From a virus, in IMG/VR virus record IMGVR_UViG_3300050821_006606, positions 2,960 through 66,959 of that record: DNA of 64,000 nucleotides; one strand, 5' to 3'. A program made the position numbers and the translations under genes. A model generated the notes under the pieces. That model was not told where the DNA came from. It worked only from the letters and a program-made list of their open reading frames with translations, and searched no databases. Each line of letters opens with the position of its first letter. The first letter of the stretch is position 1. Below, in pieces: positions 8,963 to 16,720 of the stretch.

Positions 8963-10147
8963 TCAGTTCGTCAACCTGACGCCCAAGGAATTATAGAACA
9001 TGGCCGTTCCAAATAATATGTCGATACGGCAAGGCGTAACGTCGTTCCACACGTCGTAAGCCCTGACGATGCGCATACTGATGTTGCGGAACATCTCCCG
9101 GGCCGCGAAGTCGACGCCGCCTGGCAGTTCCATGGGCACGACCACGAGGCCGAAGGCGTCGCGGCAGAAGCCTATGTTCTGGAAGTAAGTGGTGTTCGCC
9201 GAACCGACGACAGTGATCGCCGCGCCGTTGGCGGGTGAGGCCGTCACGTTCTGATAGGCACCAGTGGTCGTGATCGCCGGGAAGATTTGCAGGGTGGCGT
9301 TGCCGCCAACATCCGAAGCCGCCACCGCCGTAAGGGTGAATTGCTTCAGGGTGCCGGTCGAGAGGTAGTTTTGAGGGTTGACCTCATAAACGCCGGCCAT
9401 GGTGAAGACATCACCGACGTTCAGCAGGCCCGACCGCGAAGCCGTCCAGCCGTTGGTGATGATCGAAGACCCGGTTTGGTTCGCGCCATTGACGAGCGGC
9501 GTGCCGCTGTAATTGCCGACGGTCTGTGCCTGGATATTCTGATCCAGGTAGATTTCGAAGTTGGCGATCGCCGCCAGGAAGCCTTTCAGCGCTGGCTCAG
9601 CGACGGAACGGGTGAACAGGTTCGACACGCCATTCGCCAATGACCAGTAAGCCGCCGGGTTGAGGATCAGCACGCGGCCGTCCTGTGGTGCGGCGTTTTC
9701 GTCGAGGCGCTGCCCAACAGCGGCGATCGACGCGAAACTGGCCGGCGGAGTGCCGGGCGTTCCGACCTCGTTCGAAAGCTGGCTGTAGAGGGCCAGCACA
9801 TTGGTATCGATGGTGTTCGCCAGCGTTTCGGCCGCCGGCTTGCAGTACCGCTCGGAATACTCCTCGATCGTGAGGGTAAGTTCCTGCGAGGAAAACTGGA
9901 AATCGACGTGTGCCTGCGTCGAGATCGAGATCGACGTGGATGGCTCCGTGATGTCCTGGATTTGCAGCGCCGGACCGAGAGTGACCGTGAAGCGGTTCGG
10001 TTTGCGCACCGTAAGTGTAGTGCCAATCTTCACGAACTGATTCTCGAATTGGCGGTTGACTTTACCTGCCGCCACGAGATTATTGACCAATATTACAAGT
10101 GTTTCCTTAGTAATAAGGCTCGGAGTCAGAAGTGCATTGGCGGCCAT
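8963..10147 (-). CDS. Major capsid protein, P22 coat family
   Basis: MAANALLTPSLITKETLVILVNNL..KIGTTLTVRKPNRF..GDVFTMAGV..CRIDILFG. Confidence 0.92.
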   Translation of the reverse strand: MAANALLTPSLITKETLVILVNNLVAAGKVNRQFENQFVKIGTTLTVRKPNRFTVTLGPALQIQDITEPSTSISISTQAHVDFQFSSQELTLTIEEYSERYCKPAAETLANTIDTNVLALYSQLSNEVGTPGTPPASFASIAAVGQRLDENAAPQDGRVLILNPAAYWSLANGVSNLFTRSVAEPALKGFLAAIANFEIYLDQNIQAQTVGNYSGTPLVNGANQTGSSIITNGWTASRSGLLNVGDVFTMAGVYEVNPQNYLSTGTLKQFTLTAVAASDVGGNATLQIFPAITTTGAYQNVTASPANGAAITVVGSANTTYFQNIGFCRDAFGLVVVPMELPGGVDFAAREMFRNISMRIVRAYDVWNDVTPCRIDILFGTAMFYNSLGVRLTN

Positions 10148-10297
10148 TTACTTACCCTTTACTAAGGTGAAGGCGATTGACGTTGAGGCGGTGGCGTGGT
10201 AACTGTTGTTCCGACGGGATAGGTCGGCCAACCGAACGTCCAGCCTCCGCACTGGGCTTCCCGTCATTACCTTGCGGTACAGATGCGGAGATGAGTC

Positions 10298-11233
10298 ATG
10301 GACATTGAGGAAGAGTCTTCGACCGATTTTGGGCGCGTATTGCCGGCGCCGATGTCCGTTGCGGAATTGCGCAAAATCCTGCGTTACAACCCGAAAACCG
10401 GTGGAATGACATGGATAGTCTCGCCGGGACGCCGAGTTCGAGCAGGAGAGATCGCTGGAACAATCAATTCCGCTGGTTATTTGGTCGTCAAAATCAAAGG
10501 ACGATTTTACAAGGGTCATCGCCTTGCATGGTTTCTTGCCACTGAAGAATGGCCTGACCGGGCCCTTGAGATTGACCACATCAACGAGATCAAGGGCGAC
10601 AATCGACTCTGTAATCTTCGGCTGGTCACTCGATCCGAAAATCAGAAGAACATCGCCAGCAAGCGGACATGGAAGCCTAAGCCCAAGAGTGACGGGCCGA
10701 TCCGGCGAGGACGTGGATTCCAAAGGCCGGCGCCGATGACGCAAGATGCTCTGAAAGCGATCCTTACTTACGATCGTGACACTGGGTTGCTTACTTGGTT
10801 GGCGTGTACGCCCTGTGGCCAAGGCGCTGTCCATCTCAAGGCGGGCACGACCGCTGGGTGCCGTAGCGTCTGGGGTTACATCGTTGTGCGCCTGAACAAA
10901 GTGCTCTATCCGGCACATCGCCTGATTTGGCTTTGGATGACCGGCACGTGGCCGCCCGATATGATCGACCATGTGAATGGGATCAAAGACGACAACCGCT
11001 GGGAGAACCTGCGCCTCGCGACCAGCAGTCAGAACAATATCAATCGACGCTCGACTTTGCCGAACACCAGCGGCTACCGAGGTGTAACGCGGCATCGCGA
11101 CAAATGGATTGCTCAAATCCACATCGAAGGCAGGAATACCGCGCTCGGCACTTTCGACACTGCTGAGGATGCCCGTGCGGCGTACGTCGAGGCGGCTCGC
11201 CTGCATCATGGCGAATTCGCGAGAACCGTCTGA
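10298..11233 (+). CDS. Homing endonuclease with two HNH domains and a C-terminal AP2 domain
   Basis: Two YxxHRL.W..IDHxNxxKxDNRxxNLR units; NTSGYRGV..WIAQI..LGTFDTAEDA..HHGEFA; GGAG RBS. Confidence 0.9.
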   Translation: MDIEEESSTDFGRVLPAPMSVAELRKILRYNPKTGGMTWIVSPGRRVRAGEIAGTINSAGYLVVKIKGRFYKGHRLAWFLATEEWPDRALEIDHINEIKGDNRLCNLRLVTRSENQKNIASKRTWKPKPKSDGPIRRGRGFQRPAPMTQDALKAILTYDRDTGLLTWLACTPCGQGAVHLKAGTTAGCRSVWGYIVVRLNKVLYPAHRLIWLWMTGTWPPDMIDHVNGIKDDNRWENLRLATSSQNNINRRSTLPNTSGYRGVTRHRDKWIAQIHIEGRNTALGTFDTAEDARAAYVEAARLHHGEFARTV

Positions 11234-11324
11234 CCTGAGGGCGTGATTGCCCAACGCCGTGAACTCCTCTGGCCACGGCGGATGCCGCGGTCCTACGTGG
11301 TTGTGATCATGTTCGGTGGTCCTT

Positions 11325-11421
11325 TCCCGAGGCGTGCTCGGTGGTCCCGGACGTGCCGGTGGCAGGCGGTAGTGTCCCGGGTGTCCCGGTGGGTAGGCAC
11401 GTTACCCGGCGCGTGGCCGGT
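11325..11421 (-). repeat. Array of four CCACCG...CGGG(A/T) hairpins
   Basis: Copies at 11404-11421, 11375-11390, 11345-11360, 11325-11342. Confidence 0.75.
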
Positions 11422-11427
11422 GGGTCG

Positions 11428-12651
11428 TCAGTGAATTTGGCTTGGCGGGAAGAACGGCGCGCGCTCCTGGCGCAACGCCTTCATCCGTCGTTCGGCGTAA
11501 GTAGCCATGTCAGGCTCGGCATCGGTCGTGTCGGCGCGGTTTTCGGTCGTGTCGATCGGCTCGATTGGCGCCGGCCGCGCTCGTCTCGGAGGATTGGCGA
11601 TCCGTTCGGATATCCGGCCAAGCTCGATGAATTGTTCCGCGACGTTGGGCATTGAGGCGATGCGAACCGATTCCTCGGGATCCTGCGCCAATTGGTAGGC
11701 GATGTCCGGACCATTCTCGATCAGCAGGATCGCTGCCGCCATCGCATCGGTGATCGTAGGGCCGCCGTCGGCCGGCGCCTTCTTGGTCACCTCATCGAAG
11801 TCCGGGTATTTCTCGGTGGCCTTCTCGACCCTGGCGGTCCAGGTGTCATAGGTCTGCTTGACCGCTGCTTCATGCGCGACTCGCGCCTCTTCGTCAGCTT
11901 TGGCTTTGGCCTCAGCCTCTTCTGCTGCTTTCTTCTCGGCATCGACCCGGGCGGCTTCCGCTGCCACGGCTTCTTGCTCGCGGTGGGCTTCCCGTTTGCC
12001 CCAGGCGACCATCGCCTCATCGTAGAGGTCTGGATTATCGAACTCGTCCCTGGTCGGGCGAGGATCGGGCTTTGGCTCTTCCTTGGGAGCGGCGGCCTTC
12101 AGATCATCGAGGGTCTTCTGAGCCGCTTCGAGAGCTTCCCTGGCTTCCTTCGCCTCTTTGGCGGCGATGGCCGCTTTGCGGTTGGCCTCATTGACGGCCG
12201 TATCACGGGCGACATCGACGGCCTTCTGCCATGCCTCATCACCAACCTGTGCCCGAGCGGCTTTCCAGGCGGCGTCGGCGGCGTCCTGCGCTTTCTTGCG
12301 CTCCTTCTGGATCGAACGCACCGCATAGGATGGCAGATCATCCGGGATGGCGTCGAATTCGAGTTTGGGAGGCGTCTCCGGCTGATCATCCGGCTTGGCC
12401 TCGGTCTCAGGCTTGGCTGTCCCATCAGACTTGGGATCAGCGTCAGGCCCTGCCCCCTTCCTGGCGGCGGTCGCCGCTGCCAATTCTTCGGCCGTGATCT
12501 CCTTGGGCTTGCCTGCCGCTATGTCAGCCGGATCATTCGAGGCGGATTCGGGTGGCGTTGCGACCGGTGCCAGGGGCTGGTCGGTCGTCGCCGACAGCGG
12601 GATCGCTGTGCGTTCGATGATGTCTGGAGCACGAGAAGCTGCAAGCGCCAT
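11428..12651 (-). CDS. Capsid scaffolding protein
   Basis: Acidic coiled-coil; P.RDEFD..YDEAM..W; EKYPDFDEV; GPDIAYQLAQDPEE..RIA; APIEPI; upstream of coat. Confidence 0.85.
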   Translation of the reverse strand: MALAASRAPDIIERTAIPLSATTDQPLAPVATPPESASNDPADIAAGKPKEITAEELAAATAARKGAGPDADPKSDGTAKPETEAKPDDQPETPPKLEFDAIPDDLPSYAVRSIQKERKKAQDAADAAWKAARAQVGDEAWQKAVDVARDTAVNEANRKAAIAAKEAKEAREALEAAQKTLDDLKAAAPKEEPKPDPRPTRDEFDNPDLYDEAMVAWGKREAHREQEAVAAEAARVDAEKKAAEEAEAKAKADEEARVAHEAAVKQTYDTWTARVEKATEKYPDFDEVTKKAPADGGPTITDAMAAAILLIENGPDIAYQLAQDPEESVRIASMPNVAEQFIELGRISERIANPPRRARPAPIEPIDTTENRADTTDAEPDMATYAERRMKALRQERAPFFPPSQIH

Positions 12652-12686
12652 GGGCGAGAGAAATCCCGATCAGATTGGATTCTGTC

Positions 12687-12709
12687 ACCCGTGGAGGCGC
12701 TTCACGGTC
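12687..12709 (-). promoter_or_regulatory. Head-gene leader hairpin motif (scaffold copy)
   Basis: GACCGTG AAGCGCCTC CACGGGT, 36 nt before ATG. Confidence 0.7.
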
Positions 12710-12723
12710 AGCTTTCAAAGCGT

Positions 12724-12785
12724 GGTCTAACTCAATGGATTCTATGTCGTCAAGTCTTGCGATTGAGAGCGGCTGTGATATAGCT
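12724..12785. promoter_or_regulatory. Divergent promoters (scaffold leftward, tRNA cassette rightward)
   Basis: Minus TTGACG-18-TAGACC; plus TTGCGA..TGATATAGC. Confidence 0.4.
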
Positions 12786-12795
12786 CGCTCGCTGG

Positions 12796-12872
12796 TGCGG
12801 GATAGAGCAGTCCGGTAGCTCGCTTGGCTCATAACCAAGAGGTCGTCGGTTCAAATCCGGCTCTCGCTACCA
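12796..12872 (+). tRNA. tRNA-Met(CAT), initiator-like
   Basis: Cloverleaf: TGCGGGA/TCTCGCT with 1:72 mismatch, GAGC..GCTC D arm, CTTGG-CTCATAA-CCAAG, GGTTCAAATCC, encoded CCA. Confidence 0.92.
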
Positions 12873-12874
12873 GC

Positions 12875-13063
12875 GATCGCGATGGCGTTGATGGGTCGGC
12901 TATACGCCCTTGGTTAGCCGCACGGGATCAAGGGGAAGGCCGGCCCTAGCCGGGTGGAGCAAGGGGCCTGAAGTACTGTTACCGATAACAGCAGGACATG
13001 CATCGGGTTCTGCATTCGGCCCTAAGCAGCAGTGGGACCGGGAGTCTAAACCGGGTCGCGATT
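12875..13063 (+). ncRNA. Unknown structured ncRNA between two tRNAs
   Basis: 9-bp terminal stem, at least 5 internal stems and an 8-bp pseudoknot; fills the inter-tRNA spacer. Confidence 0.65.
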
Positions 13064-13065
13064 AT

Positions 13066-13141
13066 GCCGACGTAGCTCAATAGGTAGAGCGACTGCTTTG
13101 TAAGCTGTGGGTTAGGGGTTCAATTCCTCTCGTCGGCTCCA
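13066..13141 (+). tRNA. tRNA-Thr(TGT)
   Basis: GCCGACG/CGTCGGC acceptor, GCTC/GAGC D arm, anticodon loop TTTGTAA, GGTTCAATTCC, CCA. Confidence 0.92.
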
Positions 13142-13145
13142 CTTT

Positions 13146-16100
13146 CTACTGCTGGAACACCAGATAGGTCTGATTCTGGATCGTCTCCACGGTCATGAGC
13201 GCGGTCAGTTGCGCCGCCGAGTAGCCGAACACGAGGACACCGGGCCCATCGTTCGCGCTGGCAGTGATGAAGGCGAAGGAAGCTCCGGCGAAGTTCACAT
13301 CCCGGATAACCCAACCAGACCCTTGTGGCACGTCCACGGTCAGTTTGAATGTGCCGGGATCCGGAGTGATCGCATTGAAACTGATCAGTGTCAGGGCGTT
13401 CATGAGCACTTCGATCGACAGCGGCGCGTGGATACCATCACCCTTGCCGATAGTGGTGCCACCGGCCTGAGCTACCGCGAAATCCCGGAACATGGTAGGA
13501 TTGGCGTCGAAGATGGCCTGCGCCCCGGACAAAGGCACGTTCAGCCCGCCACTCAGTTGATTGATGGTGATGGTGCCCTTGCCGGTGAGTTCGATAATCG
13601 TCTTGCCGGTGTATTCGAACCCCTGGCCGCTGTCCTGCGAGGCATCCCAATATGTGAAAGAGGTCTTGGACCCGTCCGAGTTCGGTGCGAGCATCGGCTT
13701 AAATACGATGGTTGACCCCTGAAAACAGCCATAAACGAGACTGTTATTCTCCTGGGGAGTGCCGCTGGACGCGCTTGGCTCCAATTTCAGCCGCACAGCA
13801 CCGGTCGCCTGGCGCATATCGAAGGTGCCTGACTGGTAGTTATTGAAGTCGTAAGAGCCGCCCGCGGTGATGATCTCATTGAGAGTGGTCACTGTATCTG
13901 CTCCTAAGCTGTTGGTTTGAACCGTATGATCCGGCGTCATCGTCAGGTTGGAGTCCACATCCTCCGCGACAATGGCGAAGTGCTCCAATGTATTCACCGG
14001 AAGATGGGCCATGACGGCGCTGTGCGCCGTGCCGAACAGATTTTCTATGTCAGAGTACCGGAAGTACGCCGTGCTCGATCCGAACCTCACATATCCCAGC
14101 GAAGGTTTGTCGGTCGTCCAGTTGACCCGCGCATCGGTGCCGTCGATCAGGGATAATGTCACATTGCTGATCACCGGCGGCGTCGTGTCCGTGGGCGGTG
14201 GCGGAAGATGAGGCAGCAATTGGGTCGGGAAATAGACCGATTCCTCCTGCACCCGCTCCGTCGCCAGTTGCAGATCACGCCCGGTCACCTCTGGACGCGC
14301 GACGGAGCCGCCTAACCCGTTCCGAACGAAGTTGCTTATCTGGTTGAGCGGCAGAGTCACCATCGCGTCGAACTGCACAACCCCTGGAATGGTCGAATAG
14401 CCACTACCGCGAAGCGCGGCCTGAGCGGACCGGGCGCTGAACGGAAATTCAGGGATGGTGCCCCAGTTATCCCAATAGGCGCCAAGCCTGTTTTGGATCG
14501 GCCAAACGTCCGTGTTCAGGTAATTGCCGGACCACGGTATGTCGGATGGCACCCCAAACCTGTAGAATTTAGGCGCGCTATCTCCAAATCCGTGCACCAG
14601 CAATCGAGCTTCATTCTTGTCGATCGCGAGCGCCCATGGGTAATGACCAGGGTCAATTCCATAATTGCTCGATGGTTCACTTCGGGTGCCGTCCGCGGAG
14701 ATGCGGGTCATGGTGCGATTGTCGCCACCCGTATCGCAATTCACGAAAACATCGTCGATCGGCCCGATGTTGCCATTGCGATCGACATCGATCCAAGTCC
14801 AGCCCGCGCCACACAGGCCGCTGGCGATCAGCGTCACAGCGTTCGTGGTCAGGTCCATGTGCTTGATATTGCCGGCGGTCAACTCGTCAATGATCAGATT
14901 GGTGTGCGAGTCGAAGCGGACCGCGAACGGCTGGCTCAATCCTTGTGCCGCGCCGGCGATGGTGCTTACCGTGCTGCCATCCGGAGAAATCATGCGGATG
15001 CTGTTGTTGTCGTAATCCGCTACATACATCGTGCCATCCGAGCGCACCACGATGCTGTTTGGACCGCCGAATTGCGCCGTCAGGGCTGGACCATCGACAT
15101 TGCCTTGGATGCCGGGAACCCCTGCGTATGTCGTGATGTTCGGTGGGCTGACCGAGAAATCGACCTTGGCGATACGCGCGTTCGATTGGTCGGCCACGTA
15201 CAGGATACTGCTGTTCCTCGGATCGAAGGCAAGGTCCGTGGGCTCGTTAAAACCGACACCATTGAAATTCCCGATCGTGGTGAACTGAAGGGCATCCCGG
15301 TCCGACTGTGTGACGTTGGAATCCCAGATGGAGTAAGGCACAACGGATTTAATTGTCTGGCGACCCGCGATCGTGACCACCGAACCGTCCATGTTGAGTT
15401 GGAAGATGCGACCAGCTAGATCGATACCTACAAAGCCTCGCGCGGTGGGATTCGGGACATAGGTGCTGTAGGGCGACACGATGTTGTCATCACGCGATCC
15501 GTCGATCGCGGGCCGCATCAGAACACCGGGCAGGGCGATGTCGGAATCCGCTCCGGCCTCTGGGTCCATGGTCTCAAACAGAAGGCGACCGGCCTTCGTG
15601 CGAGCGATCTGAAGCCCGGTCTGCTCAAGGGTCACATTGGATTGGGTAAGGGATTCTTCCGTGAAGTACGGGCCAAGGCCCTGGTCCGACAGATTTCGCG
15701 AACTGGCCGGTGCGCTCACAGGTGAGGTATAAGATGTCGTGGTCGCGGGATGCGGCCATGTATAACCGGTGGTCCAGAACCGCCACTCCGGGATATCCGT
15801 TCGGCCCCAGTTGCGTATAACACCAGAGCCGACACTCGGCAGCAGTTGCGGGCCTGTGTTGGGTGTCGGATTGTTCCCGACAAGGAATGTGACCGCCGTC
15901 GGCACGTCTTTCGTAGTGTCGCCACTGCCGTCGACCAGGATCACCGAAGCGACGTGCGCGCCATCCGGTACGGTGGTGGAGTCCCAGGTGAACGCGTAGG
16001 GCGAGGTCAATCTTCCGCTCACCGGCTTGCCGTCGATCGTGTAGATCAGCGTGACACTGGGATCGATATTGCTGAGAAGATCGTCTTCGTAACTGAAATG

Positions 16101-16298
16101 CCGGCGCGCGCTTATAGCGACCAAGCCGGCGACCTCGCTGTAATTAGTGTCCGCCGAAGTCAGTGTCGGATAGATGCCTCCCCCATTTACTGGGTCCGTA
16201 TTCGTGGGAAAGATGCCGGGCGACACATACGGCTCGATCTGTGCCGCGGCTGGGAATGCACCGAGTAAAATAGCTGTGACCAGGGCAAATCCGCGCAT
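13146..16298 (-). CDS. Large signal-peptide protein with Ig-like, NHL-repeat and FN3-like domains
   Basis: MRGFALVTAILLGAFPAAA-Q; SPYAFTWDSTTVPDGAH (Ig-like); PTDLAFD..LYVADQSNARI, MYVADYDNNSIR (NHL); DTTPPVIS..VNWTTDKP (FN3-like). Confidence 0.75.
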   Translation of the reverse strand: MRGFALVTAILLGAFPAAAQIEPYVSPGIFPTNTDPVNGGGIYPTLTSADTNYSEVAGLVAISARRHFSYEDDLLSNIDPSVTLIYTIDGKPVSGRLTSPYAFTWDSTTVPDGAHVASVILVDGSGDTTKDVPTAVTFLVGNNPTPNTGPQLLPSVGSGVIRNWGRTDIPEWRFWTTGYTWPHPATTTSYTSPVSAPASSRNLSDQGLGPYFTEESLTQSNVTLEQTGLQIARTKAGRLLFETMDPEAGADSDIALPGVLMRPAIDGSRDDNIVSPYSTYVPNPTARGFVGIDLAGRIFQLNMDGSVVTIAGRQTIKSVVPYSIWDSNVTQSDRDALQFTTIGNFNGVGFNEPTDLAFDPRNSSILYVADQSNARIAKVDFSVSPPNITTYAGVPGIQGNVDGPALTAQFGGPNSIVVRSDGTMYVADYDNNSIRMISPDGSTVSTIAGAAQGLSQPFAVRFDSHTNLIIDELTAGNIKHMDLTTNAVTLIASGLCGAGWTWIDVDRNGNIGPIDDVFVNCDTGGDNRTMTRISADGTRSEPSSNYGIDPGHYPWALAIDKNEARLLVHGFGDSAPKFYRFGVPSDIPWSGNYLNTDVWPIQNRLGAYWDNWGTIPEFPFSARSAQAALRGSGYSTIPGVVQFDAMVTLPLNQISNFVRNGLGGSVARPEVTGRDLQLATERVQEESVYFPTQLLPHLPPPPTDTTPPVISNVTLSLIDGTDARVNWTTDKPSLGYVRFGSSTAYFRYSDIENLFGTAHSAVMAHLPVNTLEHFAIVAEDVDSNLTMTPDHTVQTNSLGADTVTTLNEIITAGGSYDFNNYQSGTFDMRQATGAVRLKLEPSASSGTPQENNSLVYGCFQGSTIVFKPMLAPNSDGSKTSFTYWDASQDSGQGFEYTGKTIIELTGKGTITINQLSGGLNVPLSGAQAIFDANPTMFRDFAVAQAGGTTIGKGDGIHAPLSIEVLMNALTLISFNAITPDPGTFKLTVDVPQGSGWVIRDVNFAGASFAFITASANDGPGVLVFGYSAAQLTALMTVETIQNQTYLVFQQ

Positions 16299-16309
16299 TT
16301 CTGTCTCGT

Positions 16310-16720
16310 TTATGCGATAGCAGCGGCGAGCAACAAGAATTCCGTGTTGGCTTCCTCGATCTCTGCCTCTTCGGCATCCAAAGCCTTGAAAATACGCACG
16401 AGAGATGCCGCGTAGAGTTGTTCATCGAAGGCCGGCGGAAGCGGCAGCGGTTCAGGTTCGGGTGCGTCTATCTCCGGTGGTGGAGGGATCCTGATCGCCT
16501 CGATTACGGCTGGCTGCTCCCGGACAAGTCCGATTTCTTTCCGTAGAGCATCGAGCATCGTCCGCCGGCGAGCCGCGATATCGATATTCCGCGTATCAAG
16601 GACGCGACGATATCCCTCGGGAGGCTCTTGTTCGTCGCTTGTGGTCGCTCCACCAACAGGCGGCGCCGGCGGGATTTGCCCGAGGGAGACCAGCCCAATG
16701 GGGAAATATCCAATGCTCAT
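16310..16720 (-). CDS. Hypothetical protein
   Basis: Coupled to upstream gene; acidic-then-hydrophobic C-terminus. Confidence 0.6.
   Translation of the reverse strand: MSIGYFPIGLVSLGQIPPAPPVGGATTSDEQEPPEGYRRVLDTRNIDIAARRRTMLDALRKEIGLVREQPAVIEAIRIPPPPEIDAPEPEPLPLPPAFDEQLYAASLVRIFKALDAEEAEIEEANTEFLLLAAAIA

Noticed and set aside
10148-12783. Long opposite-strand ORFs (10148-11254 -, 11692-12783 +; likewise 19471-20583, 40025-41125, 52098-53123, 57909-58880)
   Set aside because: Antisense shadows of well-supported genes in GC-rich DNA; no motifs or RBS
12963-13023. Hammerhead-like three-stem junction with CTGAAG
   Set aside because: Lacks the CUGANGA and GAAA core (has CTGAAGTA and CAGGAC)
12875-13063. 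tmRNA, SRP or 6S identity for the inter-tRNA RNA
   Set aside because: No T-arm/CCA or tag ORF; CAGG..AGCAGC is not joined by the SRP GNRA hairpin; branched rather than rod-like
13100-13146. tRNA-Thr 3' end as a prophage att site
   Set aside because: No duplicate seen, no integrase, and phage head genes lie on both sides
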